Source: an uncultured Atopobiaceae bacterium
GTDB lineage: Bacteria; Actinomycetota; Coriobacteriia; Coriobacteriales; Atopobiaceae
Assembly (NCBI GenBank): GCA_963931035.1
Contig: OZ006979.1
Location: forward strand, 1,960,238-2,024,237
Reading direction: 5' to 3'
Length of the DNA stretch: 64,000 nucleotides
In this document: piece after piece, positions 38,857-48,593 of the stretch
Layout of the letters: every line of letters begins with the position of its first letter
Position numbering within the stretch: the stretch's first letter is position 1
Notes under the pieces: generated by a model
Seen by the model: only the letters and a program-made list of their open reading frames with translations
Database searches by the model: none
Told to the model about the DNA's origin: nothing
Translations under genes and position numbers: made by a program

Positions 38857-40635
38857 TTACATTCCGTTTGCCTCTCGGATTATCTTCGTGAGCTTATTGA
38901 GATGTTTTTGAAGCTCGGATGACAGCTCATGTCCAAGCTCCGCCACTTTTCTCGCAACCCTAATTTTGTCGGGTCCGTAGGTCTTCCCTTTGAACTTTCC
39001 ACTCAGAGGGCAAGTATATTCTTCGTCCAACTCCCAATCGTATGTCTTGTTTGGGTAGAGCTCATCTAGCGCGTATCGTAGGACCTCGGCGGGGACGTAA
39101 TTCTCAATCGTCCTGCCATCTGTTACCCATGAGATGTTCCCGCTGTTCTCACACTCTTTTCTGATTCGAAGCTTGGTGGAGTTTAGTTGCGCCCCCTTCT
39201 TCTCCCTGTCGGAATCCATCAGAACGCAGAAGTGGGTGTTTACCCTGAACAGTGCGATGAGGTCGTCATCATCGCCTGGGACATCCGCGCTGCAGGAGTT
39301 AAGCAGCCTTCCTCCGTACATCATCACTGAATAATGAGTTCCCTCACTGAGCTCTGGAGCTACAACGCTTAGCCAGTAGTTCACGTAAATCCGGTCGGAG
39401 GGTCCCTCGACCCAAATGACGTAGTTTGACTGAAGTAGGTCGGATGGCTTTGCGCCGATATCGTCGAGAACGTTGCGTGCGTCTACTATTCCCCTTACCT
39501 GCGAGGCGGTGGATTTGCCTCCAATGTTGGTAACTTGCGTTATGGTGACGCCTGGAGTGTTGATGATCGAGGGCGAGTGCGTCGTGATCAGAAACCTGTT
39601 CCCGTTCTCGTCGTCGAGGAAGTAGCGGATCAGCTTAGACTGAAGCGTAGGGTGCAGATGAATCTCGGGCTCTTCGATGAGGATGAGCGTGTTGTCGTTG
39701 CAGGCTACGACCGCCGCAATTATTACGAGCTCTTCGATGCCGGTGCCAAGGTCGGATAGTTCAAGGAAGCCCGGAGTTCCCGACTTTACGAGAATTGCGG
39801 TTGCGTCCGCGTCTGTGTTAATTTCCGCTTCAGGATCGTTCAGGATGTCGCGGACAAACCTCTCGAACCTTGCCCATTTTTTCTGGTTGACAAACTGTTC
39901 GCCGACGTTGGGCATTCTGAGCCGTCTGAGCTCTTTGATGAGTCCTTCGCCGCCCGAAACGACATGATTATCCGGTTCGGCATCGTCAGTAACATAGCGA
40001 ATTGCACCCACCTTAATAACCGGGGGTATTGAGTCCCAAGGGATGAGCTCCCTTACTATCCTGCTGAGGTTATCGGTTGGGCTACCGCTGCCCTGCGAGG
40101 CAATAGCAAGAGAGGCGTCCGAGAAATTGGTTCCGCATTCTTCCGAGAGCTTCTCGGCAAACTGCTCGCTGAGAGTTAGTCGCTTTTGGTTGGTGGCCTT
40201 GAATTCTGCCGGAATGTCAAAATCGAGCCAGCAAGCTCCTTCCTCTTCGCGAGAGGCCAAATTGCTTGAGAGGGCCTTCTCCAAAACGTTCTTGGCGGGC
40301 CTGCACCGATATTGTTTGTCTCCAATTCCCGACAGAAGAGAATCACGACTGAAGCACAGCGATAAGGTTATGTTGGTATTGGATGTTTGGGGCACACCTT
40401 GAGGGAGATCTCTGTCAATAAATGGACGCTTATCCCAGTTGATGGCTCCGCCTCTCCGAAGTGACGGAAGAACATGATATGCGATGTTCGCCAGAGCTGA
40501 TTTTCCGGAGTTGTTCTGTCCAGTGATTAGATGGACTTTGCCAAATGGTCCGACTAAGGCCTGTTGATCTGATGTGAAGCAACGGTATCCCCCGATGCCA
40601 AATCCGAGAAACTCATATGGTGCGTTCTCGTTCAA
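38857..40635 (-). CDS. OLD-family (overcoming lysogenization defect) ATP-dependent nuclease: ABC-type ATPase plus C-terminal Toprim
   Basis: Walker A GQNNSGKSAL. ABC signature/Walker B region LILIEEPEIHLHPTLQ...LITTHSP. C-terminal Toprim-like IWVEGPSDRIYVNYWL...LMDSD. Confidence 0.7.
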   Translation of the reverse strand: MNENAPYEFLGFGIGGYRCFTSDQQALVGPFGKVHLITGQNNSGKSALANIAYHVLPSLRRGGAINWDKRPFIDRDLPQGVPQTSNTNITLSLCFSRDSLLSGIGDKQYRCRPAKNVLEKALSSNLASREEEGACWLDFDIPAEFKATNQKRLTLSEQFAEKLSEECGTNFSDASLAIASQGSGSPTDNLSRIVRELIPWDSIPPVIKVGAIRYVTDDAEPDNHVVSGGEGLIKELRRLRMPNVGEQFVNQKKWARFERFVRDILNDPEAEINTDADATAILVKSGTPGFLELSDLGTGIEELVIIAAVVACNDNTLILIEEPEIHLHPTLQSKLIRYFLDDENGNRFLITTHSPSIINTPGVTITQVTNIGGKSTASQVRGIVDARNVLDDIGAKPSDLLQSNYVIWVEGPSDRIYVNYWLSVVAPELSEGTHYSVMMYGGRLLNSCSADVPGDDDDLIALFRVNTHFCVLMDSDREKKGAQLNSTKLRIRKECENSGNISWVTDGRTIENYVPAEVLRYALDELYPNKTYDWELDEEYTCPLSGKFKGKTYGPDKIRVARKVAELGHELSSELQKHLNKLTKIIREANGM

Positions 40636-40712
40636 ATCGTCTCCCTAAGGCTAAAGAAGCTTTGTGGCATGCTTATCAAGATGATTATCTGTTTCAGATT
40701 AAGGTTGTTGAG

Positions 40713-42827
40713 TCACTTTGAGAATCTCATTTCGTTGATGTGACTTTGGAATCCCATCTTAGGGTAGCTTCTACGTTGATGGGGTGGTGTTGCTGCTGCC
40801 GGTTCCTGGTGAGAATGGTCTTTCTCCCAAAGCTTTCTTGCTGTCTGCAGAATGCTCTCGTCGCAAAGAGGCCAATCGTCGAAGTCCTCAACACCGCCCT
40901 TTCCGGTTTTATGGGCCAGCTCTTCGTTAATCTTGAGCGTAATACCTATAAGAATAGACAAGAGGCGGTAATAGTCGTCGCGAATATCTTCTGCTTGTGG
41001 ATTCGGGATGGCGCTATGAGCGTGGTCGTATCGGTTTCGAAGGGCTAAGGAATTTGGGAAAGAAGCATCGTTAAACATATAGTCAAGATAATCTGCCTCT
41101 ACGGGAGCAAATAGCTGGTCGCAATAGCAGAGAATTCGATCATTTACTAACGATTCAACTACAGAGGAGTCTTCCTCTGTACGACGCCGTAGAGTTATGG
41201 CGTCATAATCCCAGACCAGTTTGATGCATACGGCACGAGGGGTCGGAAGAAGCCTCTTATCCCTGCTGTCTTCGAGAATTAGGTCGGCATCAATAAGCAT
41301 GTCGATTGTCATCTGGAGATAGTCAGAATAATCGTGCCGCGTGACGCGATGTTTCCTCATAACATCGAAGAAGCAAAGCTCGCTCTCATGGGATTCGTGA
41401 AGATGGGCAAGCATACATTGATCGGAAAACAGCGCATGGCCCAATCGCTCGAATTCGGGTCCTGCTATGGCATACTTCTTCCCCTCTAGTGCCATAAGGG
41501 AGGAAAAGGACTTTAACGTTTCGAACGGAAAGAAATCGTCATCAACCTCGCCCCTCTTCGAGTAAATTGCGTACGCTTTAATAACTCGTTCGATTTCGGG
41601 CCCCATCGCTTTGCACTTGTCGAGCCAGGAAGAGCCTTTAGCGGGAAGCGAGAGCGTGAAGCCACGTATTCCGTACTCTTCAGAGAAGTACTCGCCATAT
41701 GCCCATTCAAGAGCGCTTTCGATGCTTGTTCCACTTGATTTGAGAAGATCGTTATAGGCTGCCGATTCAAGATAGGTCAATCCACTGCGCATCTGAAAGC
41801 TTGTTGATGTGCGATATTCTCCCTTCACGTGAGTTCCAAGTAATTCAAGGAGTGCCGTTTGCTCATGAGTTCGCGCAGGAGCAGACATGAGGCCGTTCAT
41901 GTCTATGTAGTCGAATATGAATTGCAAGTTGTTCAGTATGGTAGCGGGGTCGGTATACTTCTTCAGCCACTGTCCGCTAAAGATATGCGTTAAGTTATGG
42001 CCGTCGACCTTTAGGCCCTTGCACGCGATTTGATTCATGTCGATGGTTACGCCAGTGTAGAAATGAAGTCCTGTTCCGTTGGCAAAGAGCTGTTCAACGG
42101 AACTATCGTACTTTCTTTTCGCCTGTACTCTAACCTCCGGAGATGGGTTATAAAATCCGGAAGATCCAGTTGGCCAGCCCCGTAATGCTAGCAAGCAGTT
42201 TGGATTAGCATTTTCGCTCTTGATGTAGTCGAGCATAATGCGATCTATCTCAGAGCTGTCGAGCGAAGATGGAAGGTGGAGATTCTCGCGGCTACCCGAG
42301 TCCGTTGCAAGTCGGCTGATGATGAGCTCGGCCGCAATAGCCGTGTGATTAAGTAGAGCGCGTTTGATCGCTTCACCAAAGTCGCTAACGAGTCGCTTGC
42401 TTCTTAAGACGGAACTAATACATTCGGGATGACGGTTGATGAGTTTTTCTAAATCATCGGACTGGATTTTTGTGATGGCGCCAGACGTCTCAACGAGGCT
42501 CCAAAACTGCTCAGCATATTGAAGTTCGACAGCTTCAAACACGTCATCTACGCTGTAGACAGAAAGTAATTGATTGATGAACTTACACGCAGTAGAGAAG
42601 AGCCGTTTTGCGGGCTCGCCAGAGTCAAGAGAGGCCATGCCTTCGAATAGCTCTGGAATGTTGTCAGCCATTAATTTGCACTGGTGAGCCTCAATGGCGT
42701 CATTGATTGTGACAGGGGAATGCGTTTCTGATCTGGTCAGCATCTCAATGCATCTGTCACGGTAATAACCTGCGGACCAGTCGTTACGACCATAGTAGGT
42801 GACACGATTGTGATTGGCAGCATTCAT
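40713..42827 (-). CDS. Hypothetical 705-715 aa protein, co-oriented upstream partner of the OLD nuclease
   Basis: Long ORF with GAGGTGA RBS, 77 bp upstream of the OLD gene. No Walker A or helicase motifs seen. Confidence 0.5.
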   Translation of the reverse strand: MNAANHNRVTYYGRNDWSAGYYRDRCIEMLTRSETHSPVTINDAIEAHQCKLMADNIPELFEGMASLDSGEPAKRLFSTACKFINQLLSVYSVDDVFEAVELQYAEQFWSLVETSGAITKIQSDDLEKLINRHPECISSVLRSKRLVSDFGEAIKRALLNHTAIAAELIISRLATDSGSRENLHLPSSLDSSEIDRIMLDYIKSENANPNCLLALRGWPTGSSGFYNPSPEVRVQAKRKYDSSVEQLFANGTGLHFYTGVTIDMNQIACKGLKVDGHNLTHIFSGQWLKKYTDPATILNNLQFIFDYIDMNGLMSAPARTHEQTALLELLGTHVKGEYRTSTSFQMRSGLTYLESAAYNDLLKSSGTSIESALEWAYGEYFSEEYGIRGFTLSLPAKGSSWLDKCKAMGPEIERVIKAYAIYSKRGEVDDDFFPFETLKSFSSLMALEGKKYAIAGPEFERLGHALFSDQCMLAHLHESHESELCFFDVMRKHRVTRHDYSDYLQMTIDMLIDADLILEDSRDKRLLPTPRAVCIKLVWDYDAITLRRRTEEDSSVVESLVNDRILCYCDQLFAPVEADYLDYMFNDASFPNSLALRNRYDHAHSAIPNPQAEDIRDDYYRLLSILIGITLKINEELAHKTGKGGVEDFDDWPLCDESILQTARKLWEKDHSHQEPAAATPPHQRRSYPKMGFQSHINEMRFSK

Positions 42828-43158
42828 TATTATCACCTCGCTGCGGATGCAGTACGACATGGGTGGTCACAAGTTTGGCCTTGCTCCTAAGTCTACGTGC
42901 TAGAGACGGATGATTAGTCACTGTTTTGAAAACCGTCAAAGATTGACTTCGAAGTCCAGGCCAGCTTTGTTGCACGCAACGCGTATTGCCTCTTCAATCA
43001 CCATGTCTCAGACAACGGCTATGACAAGCCCGGACAGATAGCCCCTCAAAGAGATTCGCCGCTACGCTGGGCACTACGCGTGCATCACGGCTGGCGCCTG
43101 CGAGGACAAGGAGCTCCGCGTTCTTCTCGCACGCATTCAGAAGCTTGACGTCTCAGTT

Positions 43159-44646
43159 GTGAATCCGCTGCTCATGTCCTTCTTCGAGGACTATGTCGGC
43201 GACGCCCTCTCGCATGACGACTTCGCCTCCATGCTGAGGACCATGGAGAGCTACCTCTTCCGTCGCGCTGTTTGTGACGTCGCAACGAACAGCCTGAACA
43301 AGTTCTTCTCGTCCGTGATCGCGCGGCTGAACGCGGTACGAGACGACGGCGGCAATATCCGCGAGGCCTATGAGGCGATTCTCCTGGGCGAGGAGGGGAC
43401 GGCTCGACGCATGCCGAGCGACGCAGAGTTCGAGCGGGCGCTCAGGACGCGCGACTGCTATGCGTTCAAGCGCGGCTTCTACCTGCTCACCACGCTCGAG
43501 AATAGCTGGCATGCGAAGGATCCGCTGGACTTCTCGGGCGGTACCTTCTCCATCGAGCACATCATGTCGCAGAATGCGCTCAACAGTGCGGAGTGGCGTG
43601 AGATGCTCGGGGACGACTGCGAGCGCGTCTACGAAGAGCTCGTCAACACGCTGGGCAACCTCACGCTCGCGGCGTACAACTCTGAACTCTCCGACGCACC
43701 CTTCGCGGAGAAGAAGGCGCATCTCAAGGGTGGCTTTGACCAGGACTACCTGGTGATTTCCAAGGAGCTGCATGACCTGGACATGTGGGATGAGAGCGCT
43801 ATCCGCGAACGTGCCGAGCGGCTGGCAGAGCGTGCTCTCGAGGTCTGGCCGTTCCCTGAGCTGAGCGCTGACGTCGTGGCGTCGTATAAGCCGATCAAGA
43901 AGGCCGCGCCCACGATGAAGTCCATGACGTTCAGAGCGGTCTGCACCATGGCGAAGATTGTCCCGGGGATCGAGCTGGTTGCCAGCGAGGGCGACCGTGC
44001 CGTTGTTGCCACGGTGACCGACGACTACGGCATTCGCCTCTTCAACGGGGATGTCTTGGAGAGCCCTTCCCGTGCGGCGGAGCGGATGAAGGAGCTCGTG
44101 ACAGGAAAGCGAATCTCCACCAACGGGTGGAAGTACTGGAGCGTGGGGGAAACCGGCTCGTCCCTCTATGACATACGAGTGAAGTGCCTTGTGGAGACCC
44201 CGAACCCCGACCTCAAGTCGCTCTTTTGGGATGGCTTCTACGACTATTGCGCCGAACGACAGGACTTTGTGTCCGCGTATGCCGGCCCGTCGGGCAGGGC
44301 AGAGAACAACGGGTGGTATGAGACGTTCGGTCTGGGCATGCGGGGCGTTCATGCGACGGCGTACTTCGTGCAGCGCGATGGTTGGGTCGGTGTGAATCTG
44401 TGGTTCACGGATGCGTCGCTGTACGGGAAGCTTGTCGTGCGTCGTGAGGAGGTCGAGGCGCTGCTTGCCAACCTTGGTGGAAAGATTTCCTGGCGTGAGC
44501 TGAGCGAGAAGACGCGTGAGCTTCAGGTGCGACTGGACGCGGACGTGAGTCCCGAGCGCTGGGACGAGCTGTATGGCTGGCTCGTGATGGGGCTGCTTCG
44601 GATGCGTGGGCTCGCACTCGGTTTCCCTGCCTTGCTCTCGGAGTAG
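43159..44646 (+). pseudogene. GmrSD-like type IV restriction family remnant: DUF1524 (HNH-like) plus C-terminal domain, lacking the N-terminal DUF262 domain
   Basis: The FSIEHIMSQN motif of DUF1524 is at about aa 130. The reading frame stays open and protein-like for about 115 nt upstream of the first possible (GTG) start, which suggests 5' truncation. Confidence 0.45.
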
Positions 44647-44682
44647 CCGGGTACAATCAACTCATGCGGGAGGGAGGCGCTC

Positions 44683-45000
44683 ATGTGCTACACGCTTGAT
44701 GAGATTCGCGACGCGGTGAGTTCCGTGGCGGTGGAGTATAACTCGGCGGCGCCCGATGACGCCCGCATTCGCAGCGTCTCCCTGTTCGGGAGCTATGCCA
44801 AAGGCTCAGCAGATGATGACTCTGACGTCGACCTTCTCGTCTCTTTTTCCTCTTCGGTGGTGAGTCTCTTTACTCTTGCGCGAGTGCTCGAGGCCATGGA
44901 AAGCCGCCTGAGCGTCCCAGTGGACCTTGTGCAGGAGCCGCTTCCCGAGGAAGCCTTTCTCGACGTGGGGGAGAGGGTGTCGCTCTATGAGGCAGCCTGA
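44683..45000 (+). CDS. Minimal nucleotidyltransferase (Pol-beta superfamily, MNT-like)
   Basis: GSYAKGSADDDSDVDLLVSF (GS...DxD). Confidence 0.65.
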   Translation: MCYTLDEIRDAVSSVAVEYNSAAPDDARIRSVSLFGSYAKGSADDDSDVDLLVSFSSSVVSLFTLARVLEAMESRLSVPVDLVQEPLPEEAFLDVGERVSLYEAA

Positions 45001-45151
45001 CAAGAGGCTTGTGGAGCACGTAGCTGACTGCCGCATCTGATACTGCACAGGAGAACAGTGGCCGGACCCTCTTGTGCGAGATACAGCGCTAATTGTTGTC
45101 CGGTGCTCGTGCGACACTGAGCCTGGGGAAGTCTCTCGGGAAGGTGGCGTC

Positions 45152-46207
45152 ATGGCAGAAGCGATTATCAAGAATGACCCTGAGTATCTGGCTTGGGTGC
45201 AGGAGCTGAGCGAGCGGTATCGCCGCAGTCAGATTAAGGCGGCGGTTTCGGTAAACCGTGAGATGCTGCTGTTCTACTGGCGGCTGGGGAAGGATATCGC
45301 TGACTTGCATGCCGAGAGTCGGTGGGGCTCGGGGTTCTTCGAAACACTGAGCAGAGACCTCAAGAAGGAGATTCCGGACGCCAAGGGTTTCTCGCCACGC
45401 AATCTTCGGTACATGAAGCGCTTCTACGAGCTGTTTCCTGTGAACGCGGCAATTCTGCCACAACTTGTGGCAGAATTGCCGCCCTGCGAGGGGCTGTTCT
45501 CAATCCCATGGGGCCATATCAGAACGATTATTGACAAGTGTCATGGCAGCCGCGAGAAGGCGGAGTTCTACATCCGCAAGACTGTGGAGAACGGCTGGTC
45601 GCGCGCCGTGCTGCTCAACTATCTGGACGGCGGTCTCTATGAGCGGCAGGGCAGGGCGGTGAACAACTTCTCGAGTGCGCTTCCTGCCCACCAGAGCGAC
45701 CTTGCCCGGGAGATTACACGAGACCCCTACCAGTTTGACTTCCTCGCTATCCGTGACGACTACGACGAACGTGAGCTCAAGGACGCCCTGATGACCAACA
45801 TCTCTCAGTTTCTGATGGAGCTGGGGACGGGCTTTGCTCTTCTCGGTCGGGAGTACCGTCTGGTGGTGGGGAAGACGGAACAGTGGATCGACCTGCTCTT
45901 CTACCATGCCGCACTTCACTGCTATGTGGTCATTGAGGTTAAGGCCGCTGACTTCAGGCCGGAGTACGTGGGGCAGCTCGGAACCTACGTCGTGGCGGTC
46001 AACCACATCCTGAAGAGCGAGGTTGACCAACCTACGGTCGGGCTTCTCATCTGCAAAGGCAAAGACAATGTGCTGGCACAGTACGCAGTGGAGGGCTCCA
46101 GCCAACCGATCGGCATATCCGAGTACGAGCTTTCCAGGTTGATGCCGAAAGAGCTGCGCGGCTCTCTGCCTACCATTGAGGAGATTGAGGCGGAGCTGCG
46201 CGGATGA
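45152..46207 (+). CDS. YhcG-like PD-(D/E)xK nuclease (DUF1016)
   Basis: GFALLGREYRLVVGKTEQWIDLLFYHAALHCYVVIEVKAADFRPEYVGQLGTYV is the characteristic DUF1016 core. Confidence 0.7.
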   Translation: MAEAIIKNDPEYLAWVQELSERYRRSQIKAAVSVNREMLLFYWRLGKDIADLHAESRWGSGFFETLSRDLKKEIPDAKGFSPRNLRYMKRFYELFPVNAAILPQLVAELPPCEGLFSIPWGHIRTIIDKCHGSREKAEFYIRKTVENGWSRAVLLNYLDGGLYERQGRAVNNFSSALPAHQSDLAREITRDPYQFDFLAIRDDYDERELKDALMTNISQFLMELGTGFALLGREYRLVVGKTEQWIDLLFYHAALHCYVVIEVKAADFRPEYVGQLGTYVVAVNHILKSEVDQPTVGLLICKGKDNVLAQYAVEGSSQPIGISEYELSRLMPKELRGSLPTIEEIEAELRG

Positions 46208-46257
46208 GTTGTCTCGTTTGACGTAATGTTTGAGGTGCCGTTTTGAGAGGGGTAACC

Positions 46258-47034
46258 ATGCCAACACTTCGTGATTGCGTCTACGGCCAGGCGGTGGCCG
46301 ATGCGCTGGGCGTGCCCTACGAGTTTCGTCCTCGGGGCTCGTTCCGCTGCACGGACATGGTCGGCCACGGCAGCCACAACAAGCCGGCGGGCACGTGGAG
46401 CGACGACACTTCCATGACGCTTGCGGTCTGTGACAGCTACCGTGAGCTGGGGCGCATTGACGTCGACGACATCCGCGGACGCTTCGTGAGGTGGTATCGC
46501 GAGGGTGCCTACACGGTCGACGGGCTCTTCGACGTGGGCAACGCCACGCGCGAGGCGCTCGAGCGCGGGCACGGCCTTGCGGGGGAGTGGGACAACGGCA
46601 ACGGCTCGCTCATGCGCACGGTCCCGCTCGCGTTCACCGACGCCACCGACGACGAGGTGCGCGCCGTCTCCGCGATAACGCACGCAAACCCAACCTCGAC
46701 GGAGGCGTGCGTCGCCATGGTGCATATCGCGCGGGACCTCATCGCCGGCGCGAGCCCGGCGGACGTGGCGGGCGACGTCGCCGCGCGACCCGTGGACGAG
46801 ATCCGCTCCGGTGGCTTCGTGCGCCACACCTTCGACGCTGCGCTCTGGTGCCTTGCCAATACGTCGAGCTACGCCGAGTGTGCCCTCGCCGCGGTGAACC
46901 TCGGGGACGACACGGACACCACGGCCGCCGTTGCCGGCGCGCTCGCCGGCATCGTCTATGGCATCGAGGGAATCCCGGCCGAGTGGCTTGACAAGCTGCG
47001 GGGCAAGGACCTCATCGAGAGCTGCCTGTTCTGA
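46258..47034 (+). CDS. ADP-ribosylglycohydrolase family protein
   Basis: N-terminal GQAVADALGVPYEF and WSDDTSMTLAV motifs of the ARH fold. Confidence 0.6.
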   Translation: MPTLRDCVYGQAVADALGVPYEFRPRGSFRCTDMVGHGSHNKPAGTWSDDTSMTLAVCDSYRELGRIDVDDIRGRFVRWYREGAYTVDGLFDVGNATREALERGHGLAGEWDNGNGSLMRTVPLAFTDATDDEVRAVSAITHANPTSTEACVAMVHIARDLIAGASPADVAGDVAARPVDEIRSGGFVRHTFDAALWCLANTSSYAECALAAVNLGDDTDTTAAVAGALAGIVYGIEGIPAEWLDKLRGKDLIESCLF

Positions 47035-47209
47035 GGGTGAGCGGTAATAACTCCGTTTTGCGCATGCTTGAAACCTCGACTGCTTTGCATGTTGCGCTCA
47101 AGATTGCTCGCGAGTCCTTCTTGGTCGAAACCAACGTTTCTATACGCATCCGTGGCTTGTTGCGTACTATGCTATGTAATCATATGATTACACTCAGCTC
47201 GAGAGGAGG

Positions 47210-47554
47210 GTGATGGACCAAAGGACTTTGTTTCTGCGGCAGGTCAAGCTGTTCGTCGAAAAGCACGGGTTCATCCTCGTCCCTCGCGAGCAGAACATCT
47301 CATTCATGGCCGAGCATGGTATGACAGTAGATGACCTGAGGCGAGTGATTCTCTCGCTAGAGCCGAAGGACATGTTCGATGGGCCGGAGCCGGACAGGGA
47401 CCCTCGACGCGCCGAGAAGTGGACCGTGGCGGAATTCTCGCCGGAGTATGAGAAAGAGACGCTGTATCTGAAGTTGTCTGTTCGAACGGACGTGGAGCGA
47501 TGTAAGTGCTTGTCGGTAAAGCTGTATGTGGACCGACGGGGGACGAGGGAATGA
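47210..47554 (+). CDS. MqsR-like toxin (putative mRNA interferase)
   Basis: 114-aa protein upstream of and overlapping (ATGA) a zinc-ribbon/HTH antitoxin. Loose resemblance to MqsR (LYLKLSV...). Confidence 0.4.
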   Translation: MMDQRTLFLRQVKLFVEKHGFILVPREQNISFMAEHGMTVDDLRRVILSLEPKDMFDGPEPDRDPRRAEKWTVAEFSPEYEKETLYLKLSVRTDVERCKCLSVKLYVDRRGTRE

Positions 47555-48591
47555 ACGCAGAGAAGATGCTGAACACATACTGCCCTGAATGCGACCGTGA
47601 GGTCGACGCGCGGCTTGAGCGCAGGGCCGAGACGTTGCCCGTCAAGGGCGAGCCGACCTCCTATGATGCCGAGGTGGCCGTCTGCCCGTGCTGCGGCGAG
47701 GCGATTGGCGACTCCCGCGTCGAGGAGGGCAACCTGCGCCGCGCATACTCCGCCTATTGTGTAGCTCATGGCCTCATGGCCCCCGACGAGGTCAGGGAGC
47801 TTAGGAACAGCTATGGCCTGTCCCTGCGCGAGTTCAGCAAGTTCCTCGGCTTTGGCGAGCAGACGATCGCCCGCTATGAGTCGGGCGCCATTCCCGATGA
47901 CTCGCACAACACCATGCTCAAGCTTGCCTCGACGGCAGAGGGGGCGGCCGCCCTGCTGTCGGTTAGGGAGAGCCAGCTTAGTGGGAGGACGGCGTCAGCA
48001 GTCCGCCGGTTTATCGAGGGCAGGACCCCGCTCTCTGGGCTGGCCGCAGCTTTCGCCGCGCATCAGCGGCCGCCTCAGGAGATGGTGACGCCGAGCGGTC
48101 GCAACGGCTTCCGCTCCTTCAGCATGGAGCGCGTTGCCGCCGTGGTGTGCGAGCTCGCCGCTCGCTGCAAGGATCTCTACAAGACTAAGCTCCAGAAGGC
48201 GATGTTCTTCACCGACTTCCTCTGCTATGCAAGGACGTCTCGATCTATGACCGGACTTGCCTACGCGCATGCGGACTATGGCCCCGTAATGGACGGCAGG
48301 GACAGGATCGTCGCCGAGCTTCAGGATGCGGGCTTCGTTGAGCTCACGGAGAAGGGCTGGGGCGAGGTCGTGGTTCCCGTGTGCTGTCCGGAAGGCATTC
48401 TCAGCGAGGATGAGATCCGGCTCGTCGACGAGGTCGCCGACTTCGTCAATACGTTTGAGACGTCGTCGGAGATCTCGACCTTCTCGCACGAGCTTGACGC
48501 ATGGAGCAACACCGATAGCGGTCAGTTCATCGAATACGATTCGAATGCTGGGCAGGTTGAGATGGCAATTGCTCGAAGAATGGAAGGCTGA
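47551..48591 (+). CDS. MqsA-like antitoxin (N-terminal zinc ribbon plus XRE HTH) fused to a C-terminal Panacea/DUF4065 (SocA-like) domain
   Basis: YCPECD...CPCCGE zinc ribbon. HTH LRNSYGLSLREFSKFLGFGEQTIARYESG. The C-terminal about 190 aa resemble DUF4065. Confidence 0.55.
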   Translation: MNAEKMLNTYCPECDREVDARLERRAETLPVKGEPTSYDAEVAVCPCCGEAIGDSRVEEGNLRRAYSAYCVAHGLMAPDEVRELRNSYGLSLREFSKFLGFGEQTIARYESGAIPDDSHNTMLKLASTAEGAAALLSVRESQLSGRTASAVRRFIEGRTPLSGLAAAFAAHQRPPQEMVTPSGRNGFRSFSMERVAAVVCELAARCKDLYKTKLQKAMFFTDFLCYARTSRSMTGLAYAHADYGPVMDGRDRIVAELQDAGFVELTEKGWGEVVVPVCCPEGILSEDEIRLVDEVADFVNTFETSSEISTFSHELDAWSNTDSGQFIEYDSNAGQVEMAIARRMEG

Positions 48592-48593
48592 CC

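Noticed and set aside
43159-44646. Treating 43159 (GTG) as the authentic start of an intact DUF1524 protein
   Set aside because: The upstream in-frame sequence is protein-like, and the encoded N-terminus corresponds to an interdomain linker of GmrSD proteins. It is better explained as a 5'-truncated remnant.
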